59,090 bases of DNA from Girardia tigrina (Eukaryota), in contig MQRK01187214.1 in assembly GCA_001938485.1 (NCBI GenBank), positions 10,324-69,413 on the forward strand, written 5' to 3'. The notes below the pieces were generated by a model, which saw nothing but the letters and a program-made list of their open reading frames with translations, made no database searches and had not been told where the DNA came from. The translations under genes were made by a program, and so were the position numbers. Positions 25,960-38,800 of this stretch are shown one piece after another (position 1 is the first letter of the stretch; each line of letters starts with the position of its first letter).

Positions 25960-28900
25960 GAATCGTGATATTGATGAGTAATTTACGTTAGATTAAAAAA
26001 TAGAGTCCTTTAATTTCTTAATTTCAATCTTTTAATATAAATTTGAAGAGCCTGATGCATTTAAGTACATGAAGCCCTCAATTTTTGAAAGTTTAAAAAG
26101 TTTATTTTCAAAATAGTAAAACACTCCAACAAAGAGTGAAGTAAAAAACGTACACAAATTAAGAGAATTTTCAATGCCAATGTTGTACATAACAATATAA
26201 ATCAAGAAGATATCTTTATACTTTCAACAGAGAATATTAAATCAATGACTGTTAGAAAATGTTTTTATTACTTATTTATAAAAAAGATATTATAAAGTGA
26301 CTGATCTAGCTGTGGGAGGGATTACAAGGCTTTAAAGTACCAAGTAGGCCTTAAACGATTCAAAGATCTTGCATCTATGTTCATATTTGTTATTTGATTT
26401 CTGTATTTTGTAGGATCATTAATGAAACAATTAATCAACATTATAATGAATAAAAAATTCCCTTGCTATCATTAATACAAAAATATTTATATAAATAATA
26501 TAAACGTTCAGTACACCCTCGAAGACCTGGTTACACTACAGTTATTTATTTTAGATAACCGAGCGTGGCAGAATCAATGACGCTTTAATCAACAATCATG
26601 TTCAAACATCAATATCTATTTTTTAATCATTTAATACTTTTAATTAATGAATAAATGACTAATAAAAATCGTTTTTCAATAATGAAATTAATTTTTCGTT
26701 AATCCGGATAAACTCAACTATTTGAATCAGTCAAACACTTTGTACCCGGATTATTGAGTCTGCATTCTTTTGCAGTTTCATGGCTTTTAAAAAACGGTTA
26801 TGGAAATGTTACAATATTAAAAAAAATAATTTCATAAAATATGTTTGTTTAATTGTGTTCCAATTTATTTCGGTGCAATTCTCTAGTACAAAATAATAAA
26901 TATATTACTTACTTAAACCTATAAAAATTGTAATCGTACTTTGAGAAGTGGTTGCAACATCAATATGAGAATTCATTTTTTTTACACCAAAATTTATTAA
27001 TATATCAACTGTGAGGAATATTTTAAATTTGGTATGTTGAAATTGGTTTGTTGAATTTTGTATGTTGAGTTTAGTATTTGGAAATGTGTTTCTCCCACCC
27101 AGATGGAAAATTGATATTTTGGATGTTCACGATAAATAATTATTCGAGTATAATGTATATTTTAAAGTACAGCATAAGATATGTAAAAACATTGAAAATA
27201 TTAAATCTTTTAAAATTTTCATATTAAAATTTAAATATAATAAATAGTTTTAACTAAGTTTTGAATTAAATAAATGTTCTTTCTTTCCATAAAATAATTT
27301 TTAAATAAAATTAATATGCAAATAAAATTAATACTAAAATTACAAAATTTGAACTTTAAAAATAAAATCTGAAAATAATGAAATATTTGTTTATTAACAA
27401 ACATTAACTAAAAGTTATCAATTTTGAATGATGTCGAATTACGAAAGTTTTGCTGAGAGTTGTCCAAAAGACAATTCTAATTGTATTGAAAATAAAAGTT
27501 CGAAAACCCATGTTGGTGTTCTTAATATCAACAATTCACATATTTAAACAATTTTTTCTGTTAATTTAATTATCTCGCCACAAATTAATCTATTATTTCT
27601 TTTCAATTCAATTTTTTAATCTTGCAAATTTATTAAATAATTTTCACATTAGAAACTAAAAATTTATTCAAAATCTTGAAAATTTCTTAAAATAATTTTC
27701 ACATTGTAAGGAATAGTAGCTATATTTTAATATAGATATTTTAATTTCAATATATTTTAAAGTCTTAATTACATTAAAAACACGCTTATTAAAATTCTAT
27801 ATATATATTTATTATATACATATTTATAATACGGTTAAATTTAAAGATTGTAAAACTCCTTGTTGTGAAAGAGAATATCCAACTAAGAAAAATATATTTG
27901 AATTAACAATTTACAATAATGATTATTAAAACAACACACACATTAAAATACATTAATATTTACATAATTATTCCACACTCGCTCTGTTCGACAACTTAAT
28001 TTCTGTATCTTTTAGGCTTCTGTCGGTCTCGAACTGGATTGCGTCTCACTCTTGTTTTATTAATATTCCGTCGATCTTCCCCTGGCATCTGGTCTTCTTC
28101 ATGTACATCATGATGATCATTTTTGATACTTTTTAACATTATTGTTGTAGCCTTTTCTGATTTTTCGTGTCATTTTGTGGTGTTCTCAATCTTTTGATAT
28201 CCACCACATTTCTCTCAATTATTCTTCCATCACTAATCCTTTTTAATTTGTACGCATGTTTCCCCATGTTACCGATCACCGCATATGGCCCTTCGTATCT
28301 CGACATATCGATTCCTTTGATTCGCGGCAGTATTCTAGCCAGTACTAGATCACCAATTGCCAGACAACCCCCTGAACCTGATGTAGCTGGCTTGTTAACT
28401 TCTTGTTTGGTCTTGATATGTTGGCTCACCACTTGTAACACTTGTTGAAGCTCTGTGATATATTTGCAATAGTTTCCATCATTTGCTGGACGAAAATTAT
28501 GGCAAGGGAGAAAATGTAAATTTTCTAAATAGTTTATGGAATATAGGCTCCAAGGACCTTTATACAGATCGGGTTCCGGATCGAAGATTTTTGATTTTTT
28601 CGTTTCGCTCTTTCAACTGTTCGGTATACCGTTCAGTTGTGAATAGTCTTTCATTATGTTGTTGATATATCGTTTCCATTTTCTCTTCCCGAGCGCGGCA
28701 GTATCAGTTGCTGTTTCAGTCGTTTATTTTCTCATTGTGGTCCGTGTTTTTTGGATCGTAGCCATTTTGCTTCATCAAGGCCCATTTCCTTGGTGGTAAT
28801 GTTCTTGGACGCGCCTTGGGTTCAAGTGTCGTATTGTACACTGGGTTCACAGCAGAAATTTAGATTCGTCTTATCTTTGACATGCGCAAGAACCGATATC

Positions 28901-31900
28901 CAAATACTTTGTGCCTTGATAGAGCGGTGCCTCGAACCAGTTAGTAAGGGATCCACGACTAAGGGTACCCACCCTTTGAGATTGATGACCGGATATTATT
29001 AAGCCGAAACTTTCTTTTCCGAGTAGAAAGACCTCATTTTCCGACCAAAAATCACCTCGAAGGGAGAAAATCCAGTGCTTCTACAAATTGTATTTCTTAA
29101 TCCAAATTCAACAAATAGGATCGCCTCTTCCCATTCACATCCAGATGACTTCGCTGTTGCGTAAAGCATGTATTTTGCTGTACCAAATAGTCTCTCAATT
29201 ACCCCGTCACCTTGAGGATAATATGGTGAGCTCCGAGATTTTCTAATTCCGAGAAGAGCACAAAGTTCCTGTACGATCTCGTTCTCAAAAGCAGTCCCTC
29301 TATCTGAGTGTATCCTGTCCGGGATTCCAAATTGCACGATCCACTTGTCAAATATGGATTTGCATATCGTTTTCGAAGTCATATTTCTCAGCGGCATCAG
29401 CATAGGGTATTTTGAAAAGTTATCAATAATTCCCAAGATGTATCTACATCCATTTTTACTTTCTAGAAGTGGTCCTGTTACATCGATATTGTTCCAAAGG
29501 GGTACCCTGCATTTAAGGATCCATGAGTCTTATTTCTGTCTGCTCGTTGATTTTTTGGCTCTGACATTTTCTACATTTTCCAATTTTTATTCTAACATCA
29601 AAAGACATACCTGGCCAGTAGAATTTATCCTTTAAAAGAGTTGTTGTTTTGCTGACTCCGATGTGTCCATGCAACATATGGGCATGGCCGATGATTTCAT
29701 CTTTTCTATTTTTTGGTAAAATAAGTTTATAGTCCCCTTTGCGAATAATATATAGCAAGTCTCCATTAAATCGCAAGTCCTTCAGATTTCTCCATAGCAT
29801 CTGGGTTTCTCTTTCTGCATTCTGAAGTTCTCCAGGATATTGATCTTCAACGTTTTTGTTTTTCACAAGTTATTTTTTTTCACAAATTATCAAAGCCAGA
29901 TTATTATCTTCCGTCTGACAGACCTCTTCTTCTTTCATTGCTATCATTTTGATTTTTTATCATTTATCACAGAAAACTTTTTTTATCTTTTATCACAGCT
30001 TTTTTATCATTTTGATTTTCATTGTAATATTTAACATTTCGTTTTGTCTTCGGATTTTCGTGGCTCATTGCACATTGCTGGCATTACTCTGGCACTCGGG
30101 ATAGAGCGTCCGCATTCTTATGTTCTTCTCCTTTCCGGTATTGGATATCCATATCAAAGACACTCAATTCATTGAGCCATGAACTAAACTGACTTGTACT
30201 CGGTGTTTTCCTGTTCATCATCCAGCATAGAGCTTTGTGGTCAGTTCTTATACTAAATCTTCTTCCAAATAAATAGTGTCTAAACATTTTTGTGTATTTA
30301 TAGACACTCAGTAACTCTTTTCGTGTCACACAATAATGTTGTTCTGCTGTAGACAACTTATGCGAAGCGTAGGCTATTACTTTTTCATCACCACTTTGCA
30401 CTTGAGAAAGGACGCATCCAATCGTGTTATCACATGCATCCGTATCAAATATGAATTGGTCGTAGCTATTCGGAACTGCTAAAATTGGCGCAGTCATTAA
30501 ACATTGTTTCAAATGAAGAAATGCGTCACCCAAACAGGCTGACCATTGCAACGGGTGTAATTTTCTAGTCCTACCTTTGTTCCAACAGTCTTTACAAGCG
30601 TCTTCTAATAGTGCAACAATTTTGGCGTACTCTTTAATAGAATTGCGATAGTATCCGCAAAGTCCAAGAAATTTTCTCATTTCTTCTTGAGACTCTGGCT
30701 GTGGCCACTCCTGGATGCACTTGATTTTATCCTCGTCCATTGAAATTCCATTGGCTGATACTCTATGGCCCAGATACTTTACATCCCTTGCAAAAAATTG
30801 GCACTTTACTGGTGCAATCTTTAGACCGGCTTCATTGATTTTGGATAATACTTTTCGCAGTCTGACTAAATGCTCCTCTTGTGTCTTCCCAAAAACCAGA
30901 ATATCATCTAAATATATCAAGCATTTCCTCCAGTCTTCTTCCTTTAATATCGCTTTCATAACTCTTTGGAACGTTGCCGGCGCTGCCGCTAAGCCCATTG
31001 GCAACCTCAAAAACTCCCAATGTCCTTTTCTAGTACTAAACGCTGTTTTCTCTCTATCACACTCTGCAAGACTTATGTTATAATATCCTGCAGCTAAATC
31101 AATTGTACTAAAGTATTTCGCTCCTCCCAAGGTATCAAAAAGTTGTTGTGCGTCAGGAATTAGAAATGATGGAACTTTAGTCTTTTGATTTAGTCTCCGG
31201 TAATCTACTGTAAGTCGAATATCTCCGTTCTTTTTTGGCACAATCACTATAAGAGCGTTCCACTCTGATAGACTTGGTTGAATAATATTTTTCTGTAGTA
31301 ACTGTTCAACAAACTCATCCACTTTTTCTTGGAGCGCCACCGGAATTCTCCTTGTATGCTCCTGTATCGGGCCATTATCTTTAAGCTCTATTTTATGCTC
31401 AGCGTTCCGCGCCAAGCCTATATCCTATTTAGACCAACTAAATACGTCTCTGAATTCTTTCACTAAACTAATAATATTGTCTCTATTGCTATCATTCACA
31501 CATCTAAATTGGGATAAGAGACACTCACTTTCAGGCGCTTCTCGTGTAACGGCAGCTGCTACAGTCTGAGTCTCTTAGGGCACATACTGCTTCCGACTCC
31601 TCAAACAGTGCCCTTTCAGTTTAACTGATTTGTCGGGACTGTCGTATCTGCATTCACCTTCGAAACGAATGGAACAAAAATTGTTCCACTATTAGCACCA
31701 TTATTATCGAGATCAATCTTAATCCCAAGACTCTTCATGCTCCGTATCCCAAAAATTATATCCGGGCTCAATCCATCCACAACAAAGAAATTGCAACTTT
31801 TCCCCTTAGCACCCAATTCAACTATCAGGGATACTTCCGTTCGTACAGGCACTGTAAATCCATCTGCACACTTGATTTTTCTGGATGAAAGTCTGGTTTT

Positions 31901-34900
31901 CAATGTTTTATCTGAATCTTGCAACTCCATTAGCATGTCTTTGCTGATAGCATTCACTTCAGCTCCTGTGTCTAATAAGATCTTTTTACTGTTCCCATTG
32001 ATCCGACCGTAACACATTGGTTTGTTCTGATCCTTTACTTTATAACTGCTCTTCTTAACTCGATTATTCTGTTCCTTTTGTTTCGGAAATGTTTCTTTCA
32101 CCGCTTTTGAAATATGACAAATGCTCGCTTCTTCCGTACCTGTTCCCGTGTCTGTTTCACTTTCATTACTAGATATACTGGCAGACTCGACCACATGGAC
32201 TGATTTACGTTTTCCGTTTAGACAAAACTTATCTATATGCCCCTTTTTGTTGCATTGTTTGCAGAATCGAGACTTTTTACAGTCTCTCAAAATGTGACTG
32301 CTGCTCCCGCAATTCCAGCATCCACTTGTTTCTTTGACAGGATTTCTCGTTCTATTATCGCCTTTCCATTGACTCGATTGTCTTTCTTGCAGCAGCCCTT
32401 TTACCGTTTCCTGCAATGAGGTAATACGTTTGTTCAGTTCTGAAATTTCATCCCTGAGCATTCGAATTTCATCATTCTCGGCCAGCACATTTACTGTAGC
32501 CGACATCTCTTGAGTTACACATTCTTTTTTTATCATCTCGAATGATTCATCCAGAGTTTTAGGCTGCAACACTTTTAGTGCTTTTTGAGCTCTGTCATTC
32601 ATTAAACCATTTATAAAAACTTGGAGAGTTTTTGGCTCTCTTTCTTCAGAGGTCAACTCCGGTAATTCTTTAAAACAACGAATTCTTACTTCTTTCATAA
32701 AGTCCTTCGTTGACTGGCCATCCTTCTGTCGAATGCCGAATAGTTTCATCCACGATGAAATATCTGATTTTTTTCGTCCGAACAGCTTCAAAAACGTTTC
32801 CTTGAGCCATTCGAAACTCTTTTGGTTTTGGGTGTAACCCCACTGCGACTTCAGAAAACACTGAACATCTTCCTCCAAGTATTCCATGAAGAAGTCAGCT
32901 TGTGTTTCCTCCGATATTTCAAGTTGCCGCATAAATGCATCCATGCATTTCAAAAATTGGGCAGCATCGCCCCCTTCTTCGAATGTTTTCGGAGTTTTGG
33001 CGGAGTCCATTTTCAGGATTGTTTTCAAAATTACTTCCAGTAATTTCGATTGGTGATCTCCACTATCGGCTTTGATCCTGCTCATGACGCCAATGTTGTG
33101 AAAGAGAATATCCAACTAAGAAAAATATATTTGAATTAACAATTTACAATAATGATTATTAAAACAACACACACATTAAAATACATTAATATTTACATAA
33201 TTATTCCACACTCCTAAAAAAAGAACTTTGTTTAAATATTCAAAAAATTAAAAAAGCACATTTTTTTTATAATAAATTTTATGGACTCCAATTTTGATGA
33301 GGTTTGCGCTGCAAACAGGTTTTCTAACATACATTAAAACTAAAAATTAATTTTAACATTTATTTAAAATTGTTTCATACTTCTATTAAAATATATAAAT
33401 TGTTATGACTGTAAAAATATTTTTATTTATAAATAAATATTTAATATTTAATGGTTTTCTTATCATTTTTAATTTTAAGATATTTAATAGATACATTAAA
33501 AAGATATTTTTACTTTTAAATATATGTAATGGGTGTAACGCCACATACATTGGAGAGACATCTCGTCATCTCTGCAAACGGATCAAAGAGCATAGTCGGT
33601 TGGATAATGGGAGCAATATTGCCGAACATAATTTAAAATGTAAAAAGAAAGTCGGAGAAAATGATTTTCAAATTCTGTGTAATCGATTTAAAAATTACTG
33701 GGAAAGAGTAACGTGTGAGGCCTTATTAATAAGATCCATGGATCCAAAAATAATATTCAAGCTTCACACTCAACTTCTCTGTTAAACATTTTCAAATAGA
33801 GCATTTATTACATGATTGATTACATAATCACATTTTAAATATATATTTAATTTTTGTACGCTTTTCTTTTATTATATCATTTTTAATTTTTAAAATATTT
33901 AAAAACACATTTAAAACATATTTTATTTTTAAATACTATTTGATTTTTAATAGTTGTTTTATTTTATCATTTTTAATTATAAAATATCTACCAAGCATAT
34001 TCACATTAAAATATTTTACCTTTTAAATTGAAAAAACAATAAATTATTCTGGCGAGATACAAATTTAAATTAACCCCACATACGTACAAACATAAGTATT
34101 GGGTTGGAAATGTAATGAAAACAATTACTGTCCATAAAACTGATAACTTTGACGACTTGATCGATCCTAGTCCCTAATGAAAGGGTGGACGTTAGAGGAA
34201 GGCCAAATCAAAAGTCACAAGCCAAATTGCTAATTGAGCAAACATTTTTAGTTTTCTAATACACATATTTTTGCTAAGCAAATGTATAATATAATTTTTA
34301 GTCTTATTAGGTAAATTTTATTTCTATTATTTTCTCTATTTATATGAGGGCCCCATCCGGTACTGGGGCCCAGGTTTTACGTCATATTACCTCATATGAA
34401 CTATTAAGAACACCAATTTGATTTTTTATATTTTTATTTAAACAACAATTTTGATTGTCCTCAAGACAATCTTTGTCAAAACTTTCGTACATTTGCATTC
34501 AAAGCGAAATTGATTAATGGTTTTTAATTCTCATTACTTTTTTAGAAAATGGGGAAATAAATATTTAAATAAAATATTCATTCAAAACTTATTGGATAAT
34601 AATTAAAATGATAATTAATTATTTAAAAAATATTAATTTGATTTATTTATTAAATATTATAAAAATTAATTAACTTATTTTAAAATTTTAAAATTATTTG
34701 AAATTAAAAATAAATTTAAACATTACATATTTTTAGATAATAAGAATTAAAATATTAATCACTATCTTCGGTACAAGGTTCCTGTTGATGGGACTATGGA
34801 TGCCCAAAAATATATCGACATTTTAGAGACGCATCTGATACCACTGGCTGATACCCTCTTCGGTACCACCCCATGGAAACTGTAATAGGATGGCGCCCGG

Positions 34901-35787
34901 TGCCACACTGCTGTAATCAGCAAGGTTTATATGGAGCAACAAGTAATACAGTGTGACGACTGGTCTTCATACTCTCCGGATATGAACCCGATCGAAAACG
35001 TTCAGAGCGTGTTTAAGCGAAAATTTTACCACCAAGGCAGTGGCAACTCCAGACAACAGGTAATTGAGAGAGCGCAACAAATCTGACACAATGACATTGA
35101 GTTGAGAGATTTTGCCAGAAACTGTGTGCTTTCCATGCAGTTGCGTCTCAGCGCTCTCAAGAACAGCAAGGGTGGCCACACCCATTACTAGCACATGTAC
35201 ATGTATGGTGTGTTCTTTGATGTAGAGTATATGCATATTTACTACAATTATATCTTTTGGACTGGTGTATTGCACTTTTTCTGTCAACATACGGTAAATA
35301 TCAATATTTTATCCTTGGTGCAATTAATCTGTCGCGGACTGTATTATTGCTCTTAAAGCTAGTTACGATTCCTATGTAAATTTATACAAATATATAGATA
35401 CAAATTACGTAAATTTTGGAAAGGAAGACAAAATAAGAATAATATCTTTTAATTATATAATTATATAAAACATAAATTTGATAAAAATTAGAACATTGTA
35501 TTGTTGGATATTAAAATAAAGTATTTAGATATGTTTTGTTGATTTCTCGTTTTCTTGTTTCATTATATTTAAAAATAATTAATTATTTGAAAACCAAATT
35601 TTAAAACGAAGTCGTCCCTTTAGACGACCAATGTCCTATCTTTTAAAGAATTTCTGTAATGAGGTTTGGTAAATTATTAATAACCTATTTTGTTTTTTAT
35701 TAAATAATTACAAATTTGAGTTAAATAATTATTATTTCTAAGTCTTCTATATGTTATTAAAGATTGAACAAAACATGTTTGTTTCTG

Positions 35788-35825
<38 letters not shown>

Positions 35826-38800
35826 TTAATAGTAATTTACGAGTGCTGCACATTTCGCCGAAACCTTTAAATCAAGTTATGTTACTTAAAATAAGTTTTA
35901 TAATTTCTCAATAACTTCATTACAGCAGTAAATTTTATTATTAATTTTTAGTGTTTTGAATATTTTATATGTTTTTATAGTGGTGACTTTCTTACTTTTA
36001 CATAAAAAATAAACTTTTAAATTAAGTTATGTAACTTTATTATACAAATAAATTTTATTATTAAACAAAGCCTTGTTATTTTTTATAAATAATTTCATAT
36101 AAAAAATAAAATTATTTGATTTTATGAACTTTGAAAAAAATTTCAAATCAATGAGATGTATATATACTTGTCAAAGATAGCTATATACTAAGAAAGGATC
36201 ATCAAGGAAATTATTTTCTGATATTCGACTCTGGATTTAGAGAAAGGGTAGAATTATAATATTTAGTTCATATTAAAAAAAGAATTAATGAGAAATCGAA
36301 AGTTTTGGTGATGGACGCTACTTTTAAAACATCGCCTTCGGATTATCATCAGTTACTTGTAATAAATATTTTTGACTTTTGCAAAACATTTCCAGGTTTT
36401 TATACATTAATGATTAATAAATCTGCTTCCTCATACAGGAAAGTATTTTCATACATATGCAATAATTGAAAAATAAAACCCGATTCCATAATTACAGATT
36501 TTTAGTTAGAACTTCAGAATCCGACTCCAGTTTTGATTCGTCCGTCTATTCCCTTTTCTCGAGTCATCTATCGTCCGATATCGAAATCGATTCATTCGCT
36601 CTTTTAAGAAATTATTTATAATTTAGTACCCTTGGACAGTATCAAGTTCAAAGTAACTATTTCTTATTATCATAACATTTCCATAAAGGATTTACTTGTT
36701 TGTGCATAAACGAATATTCTTTCCATTAGTTTGTTGTTAAATTAATAAAATTTTTAGTAATAATTATTTGATTATTTTTATTTATTGGTTTTATAAGTGG
36801 TTTTACTACATAAGCTTATTTGTTAGTGAAATTATTTTTGCATTGTCGAATCATTTTGATTATTTACTGCTCTAAAGCTGACGTATCTACTAAAACTGTT
36901 TATTATCCTAAGAGCTTACTTTTTCCAGTTAATAACTGACAGCGGTCAGCAAAATTCCATTTAAATGTTGTTTAATTAACGGTCGCTATCATATTCATTG
37001 TTTTTTTTATTTTTCCAATGTATGATTTCGCTGTTTGACATGTCGTATGTGACCGTTTCATTGTCTCTCCTATTTCAATGAACTCTTCCATATCATATTC
37101 TTCTTTCATGAATTCTTATGAACGAGTAAGATTTTTTCACCCCGGTGTGAAAAGGGGTTCGAAATTCAAATTTTGTTATCCACGGTTCTTATACATCAAG
37201 TTGCTGAAATCTCGTTTCTTTACCTTCTCATTACTATCTTAGTGCCATGGGTCCAAAAGAGTATTCGCATGCTTTGCGAACACTCGCGTCTTCAATTTAC
37301 CTGTGTCAGCTTTCTCGTCAAAAAGTGTCAAAATCTGGATAGCATAATATCTGCGCAGATGTTGATGTTTCCTTCCATTTTTGAAATACTGTTGAGTAAG
37401 CTTCCGACTAGTGTATAACATTTTTCAAGCTTTCAAACATTTTGTCAAATAACTTTTTATCAAATTTTCACAAACGTTGTATAAACTTTCTGTAGAAATT
37501 ATATAGTTCCAGGAAACAAGGTTAAACATTTGAGCTTTTAAATTTCCATTATTAATTTTATCTTTTTTGCCAGTTTTATTTTTTTTATCTGTTCACTATA
37601 TGACCTAATTTTCAACTCTGCATGAAAAAATTTCCATTTTTTTCTGAATTTATTCTCAGTCCAGTCGAAAAATCCCAAACATGAACGGATTTAGTTTTTG
37701 TCTTTCTTCCAAACCACCACTATTCCTTTATTCCAAGGTGGAGAGCATTTCTCTATAATCTCATTGTTCGAGAATCAAGCCATTCCGGGATTTGGTTTTT
37801 TTCTGCCGATTCTTTGTCTGTTTAGTCTAATGTCTGACTTGTAAACATTTTAATTGTGATCTTATGATCTTTCTGAATCCGTTTGTATTTATTAATATTA
37901 TTTTTGTAAGTGGAATTGTGTATTGGAAGGAAAAAGAAAAATTAAGTTTGAAAAATTTATTATATGTAAATATTTTATGTTTTTTAGAAAATAAAAATAT
38001 AATTATTGTTATAAAAAAATTATTTGTAATTATACTTAGGCTGTCCCAAAAGTCATCAGGTGGCCTTTAAAAAAACACTAATATTTTACCAAATTTAACC
38101 AAATTTGGACTGAATATTATTCAGACTGTCATAAATACTGTGTTAAAATTTCAAAACATAAAATTTGAAACTTACCAAAAAAATAATATTATTAACCAAC
38201 AAAAAAAATTAGATACAGCGAATTTAAAAATTTATTTAAAAAAAATATTTTCTGTTTAAATTTCATTTTTTCTTTCGCATTCAGTTACCGCATTTTTCAA
38301 CTTATACAAGCATTTAAGACGTAAATTTCTCCATGAGTTTCGGTCGTATCATTCCGATCCTTGTTTATATTTTCTTGAAATGAATAGTGCAAACGTTTTC
38401 TTGTGAAATTTTCTTACATGAGTCTAAAATATCGACGATGTAAAAATAATGCATCGGAAAATTTGTCTAATGCATCGAATTCGTTTTATTTCTATCCGCA
38501 TTTAGATTTCTATGCGAATAATTATGACAATTATAAATCGATATCTTCTTATAAATCAGTTGAATTAGATGATAAAGATAAGAAAAGTAGAGAGAATATC
38601 AATTTTAAGAACAGATCGATTCGAGTTTTGTTACGTCAAAATGGCAATTTTATGCGACATTTAAGACACAGGCTCGTCGATTTCTTCTCCGACTACTCTA
38701 GTTATTCTAGAGAATGATTGCGTGTACGGGCTTGCTGTTTCCAGCAAGGACAAGTTTGCGGAGCCTCATGGTCTCATTGGTATCCCTCCCGGGTGGAGTG

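Larger units (their letters stand above)
27861..33210 (-). mobile_element. Full-length Ty3/Gypsy LTR retrotransposon with defective pol
   Basis: Identical 117-bp TG...CA LTRs (27861-27977 and 33094-33210); TSD CTCCT; primer-binding site (PBS) TGGCGTCATGAGCAGGAT; domain order gag-PR-RT-RH-IN. Confidence 0.97.

Noticed and set aside
30715-32012. Plus-strand ORFs 30715..31083 and 31737..32012, and minus-strand ORF 24943..25464
   Set aside because: They are antisense shadows of retroelement coding sequence.
33295-33325. TGATGA plus hairpin GTTTGC/GCAAAC resembling a hammerhead
   Set aside because: It lacks C3, the GAAA segment and stem I.
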